59,109 bases of DNA from Bacteroidales bacterium (GTDB taxonomy: Bacteria > Bacteroidota > Bacteroidia > Bacteroidales > WCHB1-69): contig JAGCSI010000081.1 in the NCBI GenBank assembly GCA_017964255.1, positions 1-59,109 of the forward strand, written 5' to 3'. Position numbers and translations under genes: made by a program. Below are positions 37,501-44,778 of the stretch, in pieces. Position 1 is the stretch's first letter; the number at the start of each line of letters is the position of its first letter. Below the pieces are notes generated by a model. That model searched no databases. It had not been told where the DNA came from and saw only the letters and a program-made list of their open reading frames with translations.

Positions 37501-40500
37501 TTTGGAATGGTGTACAGTTCACTGAAGCTGGTACCCAGACCGCGACACTGGAAACTGTGAACGGTTGCGACTCTGTCGTTACCATGACTCTGACGGTTAA
37601 TCCGATATATTCTGAAACCGATAGCAGAACCATTTGCGCCAGCGAGCTGCCGTACACCTGGAATGGAGTTACTTTCACCCAGGCTGATATTCAGACCGCG
37701 ACACTGGAAACAGTGAATGGTTGTGACTCCGTCGTGACGATGACATTGAATGTGAATCCGATTTATTCAGTGGACGATAGCAGAACTATTTGCGCCAGCG
37801 AGCTGCCCTACACTTGGAACAGTGTACAGTTCACAGAAGCCGGCACCCAAACCGCCACTCTGGAAACGGTCAATGGCTGCGATTCTGTTGTGACGATGAC
37901 ATTGAATGTTAATCCGATTTATTCAGTGACCGATAGCAAAACCATTTGCGTCAGCCAGCTGCCTTACACTTGGAACAACGTTGTTTTCACAGAAGCCGGC
38001 ACCCAAACTACCACCCTGCAGACCGTTAATGATTGCGACTCTGTGGTGACCATGACCTTGACGGTAACTAATGCTTTTGATGTTGCCGATAGTAAGACTA
38101 TCTGCGCCAGCGAGCTGCCTTACACATGGAATGGCGTGGTGTTCACCCAGGCTGGTACACAGATTGCTACATTGGAGACTGTGAATGGTTGTGACTCCGT
38201 TGTTACCATGACCTTGACAACCTTCCCAACTTATGAGGTGAGCGATGCACAGACTATTTGTCCCAGCGAATTGCCATACACATGGAATGGCGTGGTGTTC
38301 ACCCAGGTTGGTACACAAGCTGTCACATTGCCGACAGTGGATGGCTGTGACTCCGTTGTTACCATGACCTTGACAACTTTCCCGACCTATGAGGTGAGCG
38401 ATGCCCAGACTATTTGTCCCAGCGAGTTGCCTTACACTTGGAATGACGTGGTGTTCACCCAGGCCGGCACACAAACTGTCACATTGCCGACAGTGAACAA
38501 CTGCGACTCCGTTGTTACCATGACTTTGGCAACCTTCCCGACCTATGAGGTGAGCGATGCCCAGACTATTTGTCCCAGCGAGTTGCCCTACACATGGAAT
38601 GGCGTGGTGTTCACCCAGGCTGGTACACAAACTGTCACACTGCCGACAGTGAACAACTGCGACTCCGTTGTTACCATGACCTTGACAACCTTCCCGACCT
38701 ATGAGGTGAGCGATGCTCAGACTATTTGTCCCGGCGAGCTGCCTTACACTTGGAATGGTGTGGTGTTCACCCAGGCTGGTACGCAAACAGTAACATTGCC
38801 GACAGTGAACAACTGCGACTCCGTCGTCACCATGACCTTGACAACCTTCCCGACCTATGAGGTGAGCGATGCTCAGACCATTTGTCCCGGCGAGCTGCCT
38901 TATACATGGAATGGTGTGGTGTTCACCCAGGCTGGTACGCAAACAGTAACATTGCCGACAGTGAATAACTGCGACTCCGTTGTTACCATGGCCTTGACGA
39001 CCTTCCCGACCTATGAGGTAAGCGATGCACAGACCATCTGTGCTAGTGAACTGCCGTACACATGGAATGGCGTGGTGTTTGCCCAGGCTGGCACACAGAC
39101 CGTTACTTTACCGACAGTAGATGGTTGCGACTCAGTAGTCACGATGACTCTGATCGTTAATCCGATTTACTCCGAAACTGAGACACGCACTATCTGCGCC
39201 AGCGAGTTGCCATACATTTGGAATGGTGTCACCTTCATCGAGGCCGGTACCCAGACTGCAACCTTGCCGACCATCAATGGCTGCGACTCCGTAGTCACGA
39301 TGACTCTGATCGTTAATCCGATCTATTCCGAATCAGAATCCCGCACCATCTGCGCTAGCGAGTTGCCATACACCTGGAATGGCGTAGAGTTTACCCAGGC
39401 CGGTACTCAGACTACTACTCTGCCCACCATTGCTGGTTGCGACTCAGTAGTCACAATGACGCTGATTGTTAATCCAGTTTATGCAGAATCTGAATCCAGA
39501 ACCATTTGTGCAAGCGAGCTGCCCCACATCTGGAATGGCGTAGAGTTCACCCAAGCCGGTACCCAAACCGCCACTTTGCCGACAGTGGAAGGCTGCGATT
39601 CAGTAGTAACAATGACGCTGATTGTAAATCCGATCTACTCCGAAACCGAGACACGTACCATCTGCGCTAGCGAGTTGCCATACACCTGGAATGGCGTAGA
39701 GTTCACCCAGGCTGGTACCCAGACTGCCACTCTGCCTACCGTTGCTGGTTGCGACTCAGTAGTCACAATGACGCTGATTGTAAATCCGGTTTATGCAGAA
39801 TCTGAATCCAGAACCATTTGTGCAAGCGAGCTGCCATACACTTGGAATGGCGTAGAGTTCACCCAGGCGGGCACCCAGACCGCTATTCTGCCCACTGTTG
39901 CTGGTTGCGACTCAGTAGTCACAATGACGCTGATTGTAAATCCGGTTTATGCAGAATCTGAATCCAGAATCATTTGTGCAAGCGAGCTGCCATACACTTG
40001 GAATGGCGTAGAGTTTACCCAGGCGGGCACTCAGACCGTTACTCTGCCGACAGTGGATGGTTGCGATTCAGTAATAGCGATGACGTTGATTGTTAATCCG
40101 ATTTATTCAGAATCTGAATCCAGAACCATCTGCGCTGGCGAGCTGCCTTACACCTGGAATGGCGTCGAGTTCACCCAGGCCGGCACCCAGACTGTTACCT
40201 TATCTACGGTGAATGGTTGCGACTCTGTCGTTACCATGACTTTGACGGTGAACCAACCCACTACGGGTATCGATGAGCAAGAGGCTTGCGATGCATTCGC
40301 TTGGATTGACGGTACAGTCTATACCGAAAGCACCAATACCCCAACCTTCACGCTGACCAATGCGGCAGGTTGCGATTCTGTGGTGACTTTGCATCTGACC
40401 ATTCATGAGTCTGTGACCATTGACGCTTACCTGACCATTCAAGAGAGCGATCTGCCATACACCTATGGAGACACTACTTTTGAGCCTGGAACAGTCCAGA

Positions 40501-40847
40501 GTGGAGATTACAGCTTCTACTTTACTACTGAATATGGCTGTGACTCAATCATAGTATTGCACCTTACCGTTGAGACCGGTATTGACAATTATGCTATGAC
40601 CGCTTCAATGTACGTGTACCCGAACCCGACTTCGGATAAGGTCAATGTTCAGCTGACAGTTAACGATGAGTCGTTGAATGATGGCGAAATCCATCTGTAT
40701 GACATGTACGGCAAATGGCTCAGAACCGTTAAGGTGACGGGCAAAGTCACTGAGATCGACCTGTCATCCTTCGCAGCGGGTGTGTACTTCGTGAAGGCTG
40801 TTGAAGGCCAGCAGCTGATAGGAGTTCGCAAGATTGTGAAAGAGTAG
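34596..40847 (+). CDS. T9SS-secreted protein (2083 aa): DPNE-type domain, cadherin-like domain, long 52-aa repeat stalk, T9SS type A CTD
   Basis: Signal peptide; QDPNEIKGP...YTIEFEND...GFLPIND...IVFDDNAPIGTN; NTAPIDLVL...YSVRIRTTDIGGLSFEK; terminal YVYPNPT...LYDMYGK...GVYFVK...KIVKE. Confidence 0.92.
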   Translation: MKKINRIFFQILALALMMSSAIGNAFAQGGFCINAYMLQEESCSPGEDGMATVFIPSALSGHCTIEWQLGNGQTSSLETVSGLKKGTYHVSVKSNTCPNVVFFTGMVKVTKSSDCDLDVNISGPGSVTGDCNGMPSITFTATVSGGTPPYHFNGWHQVGNSSATMTMTPVEGQFTVNCSVQDANGVTGSDELVGFAKKMECAQDPNEIKGPAGYSEEHHFVNNSDKMNYTIEFENDPDFAMAPASRVKITYDVPDKQKLASFRLADFGFGDFVFTVPSNVSSYSQRLDVSDSLGVWVDVNAGIDVAHNQLFWIFQSIDPATGAEPASSQMGFLPINDSLEHGQGYVSFYIAPNANVQTGDTVAAEALIVFDDNAPIGTNVWTNTFDAVAPSSTLHAEMNTTDSLYCTFSFDVQDDANGSGARSVEVYMSANNADYISIGSTEPDSTLSFVLESGVYYQFMSIATDNVGNKEPFKAQPDTAINYNTAPIDLVLNGSSFYEYDPINSMIGTLYTLDNDVNLPFVYELVAGVGDDDNNLFTIEGNVLKTNATFVCSHQTEYSVRIRTTDIGGLSFEKSFDLNEIMQHVTPITRLNVTLCEGSSLDFYGVELTEEGTYTDTLTTAAGCDSIIVWYVTMSPVYAQTESAIICASELPYTWRDTIFEPGTVSDEYVFYRSTAKGCDSVVTLNLTVNPVYEVDDQKAICASELPYTWNGVQFTEAGTQTATLQTVNGCDSLVTMTLTVNPIYTETDSRTICPSELPYTWNGVEFTQAGTQTVTLPTVNNCDSVVTMTLTTFPTYEVSDAQTICPSELPYTWNGVVFTQAGTQTVTLPTVNNCDSVVTMTLTTFPTYEVSDVQTICPSELPYTWNGVQFTEAGTQTATLETVNGCDSVVTMTLTTFPTYEVSDAQTICPSELPYTWNGVTFAEAGTQTTTLETVNGCDSVVTMTLTTFPTYDVTDTKAICESALPYIWNGVQFTEAGTQTATLETVNGCDSVVTMTLTVNPIYSETDSRTICASELPYTWNGVTFTQADIQTATLETVNGCDSVVTMTLNVNPIYSVDDSRTICASELPYTWNSVQFTEAGTQTATLETVNGCDSVVTMTLNVNPIYSVTDSKTICVSQLPYTWNNVVFTEAGTQTTTLQTVNDCDSVVTMTLTVTNAFDVADSKTICASELPYTWNGVVFTQAGTQIATLETVNGCDSVVTMTLTTFPTYEVSDAQTICPSELPYTWNGVVFTQVGTQAVTLPTVDGCDSVVTMTLTTFPTYEVSDAQTICPSELPYTWNDVVFTQAGTQTVTLPTVNNCDSVVTMTLATFPTYEVSDAQTICPSELPYTWNGVVFTQAGTQTVTLPTVNNCDSVVTMTLTTFPTYEVSDAQTICPGELPYTWNGVVFTQAGTQTVTLPTVNNCDSVVTMTLTTFPTYEVSDAQTICPGELPYTWNGVVFTQAGTQTVTLPTVNNCDSVVTMALTTFPTYEVSDAQTICASELPYTWNGVVFAQAGTQTVTLPTVDGCDSVVTMTLIVNPIYSETETRTICASELPYIWNGVTFIEAGTQTATLPTINGCDSVVTMTLIVNPIYSESESRTICASELPYTWNGVEFTQAGTQTTTLPTIAGCDSVVTMTLIVNPVYAESESRTICASELPHIWNGVEFTQAGTQTATLPTVEGCDSVVTMTLIVNPIYSETETRTICASELPYTWNGVEFTQAGTQTATLPTVAGCDSVVTMTLIVNPVYAESESRTICASELPYTWNGVEFTQAGTQTAILPTVAGCDSVVTMTLIVNPVYAESESRIICASELPYTWNGVEFTQAGTQTVTLPTVDGCDSVIAMTLIVNPIYSESESRTICAGELPYTWNGVEFTQAGTQTVTLSTVNGCDSVVTMTLTVNQPTTGIDEQEACDAFAWIDGTVYTESTNTPTFTLTNAAGCDSVVTLHLTIHESVTIDAYLTIQESDLPYTYGDTTFEPGTVQSGDYSFYFTTEYGCDSIIVLHLTVETGIDNYAMTASMYVYPNPTSDKVNVQLTVNDESLNDGEIHLYDMYGKWLRTVKVTGKVTEIDLSSFAAGVYFVKAVEGQQLIGVRKIVKE
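36531..40283 (+). repeat. Intragenic tandem array, 156-bp unit, ~24 copies (ICxSELPYTWNG...CDSVVTMTL)
   Basis: Period 156 checked at 37008 and 37164. Three further diverged copies flank the array. Confidence 0.95.
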
Positions 40848-40882
40848 GGACGCACTGCGTGCGTCCGCATACTCGGACGCAC
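40844..40882. repeat. GTAG-type REP-like palindrome with two alternative hairpins; overlaps the TAG stop of the 2083-aa gene
   Basis: gtag-ggacgcac-tgc-gtgcgtcc (40848-40866) and gtgcgtccg-catact-cggacgcac (40859-40882). Confidence 0.6.
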
Positions 40883-40902
40883 CATTTGTATTCAATAAAC
40901 AC

Positions 40903-40938
40903 AAAAAGAGGATGACCGTAAGGTCACCCTCTTTTTTT
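40903..40938. terminator. Bidirectional rho-independent terminator
   Basis: aaaaagaggatgacc-gtaa-ggtcaccctcttttttt between convergent genes. Confidence 0.85.
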
Positions 40939-40961
40939 GCTTACCGCTTACGACTCGCCGC

Positions 40962-41174
40962 TTATTCAACTTCGCTTTCGCCGCTGCCTTTGGTGAAGGT
41001 TTGGGTGGTGACGGAGCTGGAAGTTCCGTTCTTCACTGCGATGGCTTTCACTGTAGTGGTGTCGCTCAGGGTGAAGGCTTCGCTGTAGAGCGTGCTTTCA
41101 GCGGTGGGCGTGCTGCCGTCGGTGGTGTAGCGGATATCAGCTCCAGCGGGGCCACTGATACTTACCTAGGTGGT
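40962..41174 (-). pseudogene. In-frame continuation of the ORF6N gene encoding a chitobiase/beta-hexosaminidase C-terminal (Fn3-associated) domain, interrupted by TAG codons
   Basis: The minus strand reads PFE*TT*VSISGPAGADIRYTTDGSTPTAESTLYSEAFTLSDTTTVKAIAVKNGTSSSVTTQTFTKGSGESEVE*. TAG at 41175-77 and 41166-68; TAA at 40962-64. Confidence 0.8.
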
Positions 41175-41813
41175 CTATTCAAACGGAGTGGTTCCGTTGA
41201 TGGTGGGGGCTTCTACCGTCTCGGTCTCCGAGCCTGTAGAGGAGCCGTTGTTGGGACCATTTTTGGGGAAGCTTACAATTTCATCATCATTTTCCCGTTT
41301 TACTGAATGTTTGAACTTGAACATGGCAAGGTTCAGCTCGAAGGAGGTTTCGCTGCTTTGTTTTGGGAGGATGTCGCTCATGATTTCCTCTATCAGTTGA
41401 CCGCCACGGTGTAAGAGAACTTGCTGCTCTGTGCTTTTGTCCTCATATTGTGGGACTTCCACAATGACTCGTGAAAGTTCCTTTAATTTGGCGTAAGCTT
41501 CTACAATGGCGATGGTGGTTTCTACTGCTTTCGGGCTTTTTAAGATTGTAGCCAGCATATAGAGTCCTTTTTCGGTGAAGGCTTTAGGAGGATATTTAGA
41601 GTGTTGACCTCTACCAGCATCCTTTAAGGTCAAATTTTTTGACCTTAAATCGTTAATTTCTTGATTATCAAGCTGAAAAATGTATCCATTTGGAAATTTA
41701 TTGGGGTTGTTACTCACAGCTTGATTGATTTCTTTGGTTTTTACGCCATACAGTTCAGCCACGTCTGAATCCAGTATTACCTGCTGATTCCGCAGGGTGA
41801 TGATTTTTGCCAT
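41175..41813 (-). CDS. ORF6N-domain DNA-binding protein (antirepressor/KilA-N-like)
   Basis: LRNQQVILDSDVAELYGVKTKEINQAVSNNPNKFP..YIFQL and PKAFTEKGLYMLATILKSPKA are characteristic of ORF6N proteins. Confidence 0.9.
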   Translation of the reverse strand: MAKIITLRNQQVILDSDVAELYGVKTKEINQAVSNNPNKFPNGYIFQLDNQEINDLRSKNLTLKDAGRGQHSKYPPKAFTEKGLYMLATILKSPKAVETTIAIVEAYAKLKELSRVIVEVPQYEDKSTEQQVLLHRGGQLIEEIMSDILPKQSSETSFELNLAMFKFKHSVKRENDDEIVSFPKNGPNNGSSTGSETETVEAPTINGTTPFE

Positions 41814-41858
41814 GATGCGGTGTCAGGGAGACAATTGCGTCCTCGCAGTTGCATGAAT

Positions 41859-41888
41859 TGTAGAGACGCAATTAATCACGTCTCTACA
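41859..41888. repeat. GTAGAGACG...CGTCTCTAC REP-like palindrome
   Basis: tgtagagacg-caattaatca-cgtctctaca has perfect 10-bp arms; a partial inverted copy lies at ~41826-41844. Confidence 0.75.
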
Positions 41889-42003
41889 GGGGAAAACCAA
41901 CTTGGCTTTACGAGAATACAAAAAAAAACCGCCCTGGAGTGGAAACTAAATCAAAAAAATTAATTTTTTTGAGGGATGGATGTTATTTTATGTTATTTTT
42001 TGC

Positions 42004-42013
42004 TAATTTTGCA
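42004..42013 (+). promoter_or_regulatory. -7 promoter element TAATTTTG(CA)
   Basis: Matches TAnnTTTG, and the same 10-mer occurs at 17521 and 52352. Its position favours ATG 42031 over 42016. Confidence 0.6.
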
Positions 42014-42030
42014 AGATGAAAATTAAAAAT

Positions 42031-43860
42031 ATGAAAAAAATCACCGTTTCGCTGATAATGGCGATGTTTTTTGTTAATGTTTTTGCCCAGCAGTATGTGG
42101 ATTTAGGACTTGAAAGCGGTACCCTTTGGAAAGACCAAAACGAAAAAGGTTTCTATACCTATCAGGAAGCAGAAAGAAATTTCGGAAACAGCATGCCAAC
42201 TGCACCGCAGTTGAATGAATTGGTAAATACATGTGTATGGGAATGGACCGACAATGGTTACAAAATTACCGGACCTAATGGGAAGTCGATTTTTTTGCCT
42301 GCCGAAGGTTATTACTCTTGCGGGGCCGATCCTAAACTAAAGAGAGTTGGCACCTCAGGTCAATATTGGTCAAAGACAATGACTGACTATATTATGGTTA
42401 ACAACCCTGAAGACTGGGATTTCCCATATTGTTTAACCATTAATTCTGAATCAAAATCTGTACACTACAACAATCCCGAATGTTGTAAATTTACAATTCG
42501 TCTGGTGTTTGAAGATGAGAAAGCGGCTTTAAAAGCGAAAACGCAGAATCAGCTTGCCGAAGGAAATGAAAAAGCAAAATCAGAGGCAGCAGAACAAAGA
42601 AAACAGGAAGAGGAACAAAAAAAGTTGGAAAATCAAAAGAAATTAGAGGAGGAAGCGAAAAGAAAAGCTGAAGAAGAGGATAAAAGTTTGGAGGCGCAAT
42701 GTATTTCCCTAAAGGATATTGACGGCAACAAGTATAAGTTAGTAAAGATTGGAACCCAATGCTGGATGGCCGAAAATTTAAGAACAACCCATTATGCGGA
42801 TGGAACGGAAATTTTTATGGATGGCAATAGAGTAAGCAACATTATTCCATACAGATATTATCCTGAAAATAGTGAAAAAAATTTACCCACATATGGTTTC
42901 TATTACAATTGGGCGGCTGTTATGGGAGGAAGCATTTCTTCAGCAAGCGTTCCGAGCAATATTCAGGGTGTTTGTCCTAATGGATGGCATGTTCCCAGTT
43001 TTGAGGAATATATGACCTTGCTTGATTATGTTGCTTCGCAACCCCAATACCAATGTGATGGAAATATCAGAAAAGCAGTCAAAGCTATTACCTCCTCAAC
43101 AGGCTGGGACGCATTCTGGGAAGTTGATTTTAATAATAACAATGCGACTGGTTTTAATATGTTGCCTGCAGGAGGGTATGTTAGTCCATTTTTTCCTGAA
43201 TCTATTATTGGTTTTTGGGCGATTTTTTGGACTACAACAGAGAAATCACATAAAAAAGCGTATCGTTTTGGTTTTAGTGCTGACTTTCGGCTTGATAGAA
43301 CATTGAGTTACAATAAAATCGATGCTTATCCCGTCCGTTGTCTTCGTGGATGGGGAATGCTTGATGTTGAAAAGCTTGCTGAACAATTAAAGACTGCGCC
43401 ACAGGGGGTAGACGTGGGAAACCGTAATGCCCGAATTGTGGAAGATTTACAAGCCGGTTTTGATTTCATTTCCGAAACGATTAATGCTACGAGTACGGCT
43501 TATATTCATACGTTAGCTTCCAGCTATCCAACAACCTATAATGCTGGAACTAATACTGGAACCAGCGATTATTCGTCAGAAAGTAGTAGCACTTCCGGTT
43601 CATCTGTGTCACAATATGTGACGACAGGAACTGCAACGGGAGTCAAAATAACAGAATCGGGTTCGGTATCATCCATCTCTTGTCCGATAGAAAAGTGGAA
43701 TGGTTCGGGAGCCCCTGCTGCTTTGATTGATGGAGAACATTATGTATTAGGCCGTAATACTACTTCTTCTTGTAACGGAGTAAGTGTGTCACAATATTCC
43801 TATGTTTGCCATGTTACCCATGGGTCAAGGATATTGTATACTGTTTTTGTGAATTTCTAA
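42031..43860 (+). CDS. Exported protein: VDLGL..GTLW domain, charged coiled coil, Fibrobacter succinogenes major paralogous (Fib_succ_major) domain, Ser/Thr-rich tail
   Basis: Signal peptide; YVDLGLESGTLWK; DIDGNKYKLVKIGTQCWMAENLRT...YYNW...GVCPNGWHVPS...YPVRCLR. Confidence 0.88.
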   Translation: MKKITVSLIMAMFFVNVFAQQYVDLGLESGTLWKDQNEKGFYTYQEAERNFGNSMPTAPQLNELVNTCVWEWTDNGYKITGPNGKSIFLPAEGYYSCGADPKLKRVGTSGQYWSKTMTDYIMVNNPEDWDFPYCLTINSESKSVHYNNPECCKFTIRLVFEDEKAALKAKTQNQLAEGNEKAKSEAAEQRKQEEEQKKLENQKKLEEEAKRKAEEEDKSLEAQCISLKDIDGNKYKLVKIGTQCWMAENLRTTHYADGTEIFMDGNRVSNIIPYRYYPENSEKNLPTYGFYYNWAAVMGGSISSASVPSNIQGVCPNGWHVPSFEEYMTLLDYVASQPQYQCDGNIRKAVKAITSSTGWDAFWEVDFNNNNATGFNMLPAGGYVSPFFPESIIGFWAIFWTTTEKSHKKAYRFGFSADFRLDRTLSYNKIDAYPVRCLRGWGMLDVEKLAEQLKTAPQGVDVGNRNARIVEDLQAGFDFISETINATSTAYIHTLASSYPTTYNAGTNTGTSDYSSESSSTSGSSVSQYVTTGTATGVKITESGSVSSISCPIEKWNGSGAPAALIDGEHYVLGRNTTSSCNGVSVSQYSYVCHVTHGSRILYTVFVNF

Positions 43861-43907
43861 CACACTGGCGAAAAAATCAATTTATTTCATAACCAAAACG
43901 AATAAAT

Positions 43908-44753
43908 ATGAGAAAGTTTTTCAAGTTGGGAATGGCATTGACCCTTTCCGTGGCGATGTTGCTGACCTCTTGCAAAAAAGAGGAAGTGAGCAACAATGGC
44001 AACACGGAGAATCCCGGTGGCGGTGGCACCGGCTCTGCCAATACTGATTATCCTTCCACGGCAATAGTTATATATGAAGCGGTGACCGATTTAGATGGGA
44101 ACCGTTATGATGCAGTGCGGATAGGCGACCAAGTATGGATGGCGGAGAATCTGCGCACCACAAAGTATGCAGACGGTACATCAATACCTTTGGGCACGTC
44201 AACAAGTACAACAACAGCCTACTGTTATGCGCCTGGTGCACATCAGTCCTACGAGGAGAACGTCATGGACAATGTAGCCCGTTATGGCTACTTATACAAC
44301 TGGCCGGCGGTGATGCACGGAGCAAGCAGCAGTGCAGCCAATCCCAGTGGCGTCCAGGGCATCTGCCCTGATGGCTGGCATGTGCCCAGCGATGCGGAGT
44401 GGATACAATTGACTGACTATATGAAGACACAGCCAACTTATATGGCAAGTGGCAACGCCGACAATTTGGCCAAGGCGTTGGCGGCTACTTGGGGTTGGAA
44501 CAGTTCTAGTAACACGGATGCCCCTGGCAATAATCCCAGCACGAATAACGCCACGGGTTTTTCGGCTCTTCCCGCCGGTTACTATAATGGACGCTACTAC
44601 TATTTTTGCAACAACGCCAATTTCTGGAGCGCTACAGAACGCAATGACGAAAATACGTTCTACCTCAGTCTTTATTGCAGTTATGCCGGTGTGATGTATG
44701 AGGACAACGGTGACAAGTATGACGGTTTTTCGGTTCGTTGTGTTCGCGATTAG
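43908..44753 (+). CDS. Lipoprotein with a Fib_succ_major domain
   Basis: Lipobox LTSC; DLDGNRYDAVRIGDQVWMAENLRT...LYNW...GICPDGWHVPSDAEW...GFSALPAG...FWSAT...GFSVRCVRD. Confidence 0.92.
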   Translation: MRKFFKLGMALTLSVAMLLTSCKKEEVSNNGNTENPGGGGTGSANTDYPSTAIVIYEAVTDLDGNRYDAVRIGDQVWMAENLRTTKYADGTSIPLGTSTSTTTAYCYAPGAHQSYEENVMDNVARYGYLYNWPAVMHGASSSAANPSGVQGICPDGWHVPSDAEWIQLTDYMKTQPTYMASGNADNLAKALAATWGWNSSSNTDAPGNNPSTNNATGFSALPAGYYNGRYYYFCNNANFWSATERNDENTFYLSLYCSYAGVMYEDNGDKYDGFSVRCVRD

Positions 44754-44778
44754 AGCATAACACAAGGCAACTGAACAA

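Noticed and set aside
33858-38942. Long antisense ORFs (33858-34862, 36306-37382, 37923-38942)
   Set aside because: They are shadows of repetitive sense-strand genes and have no recognisable motifs.
36531-40283. 156-bp periodic arrays (also 54290-55850) as CRISPR
   Set aside because: They are in-frame coding repeats with synonymous variation, no unique spacers and no cas genes.
41001-41400. Plus-strand ORFs 41001-41306 and 41170-41400
   Set aside because: They are antisense to the ORF6N/chitobiase frame, which carries the recognisable motifs.
41175-41813. Prophage signalled by ORF6N
   Set aside because: No integrase, structural or replication genes lie nearby.
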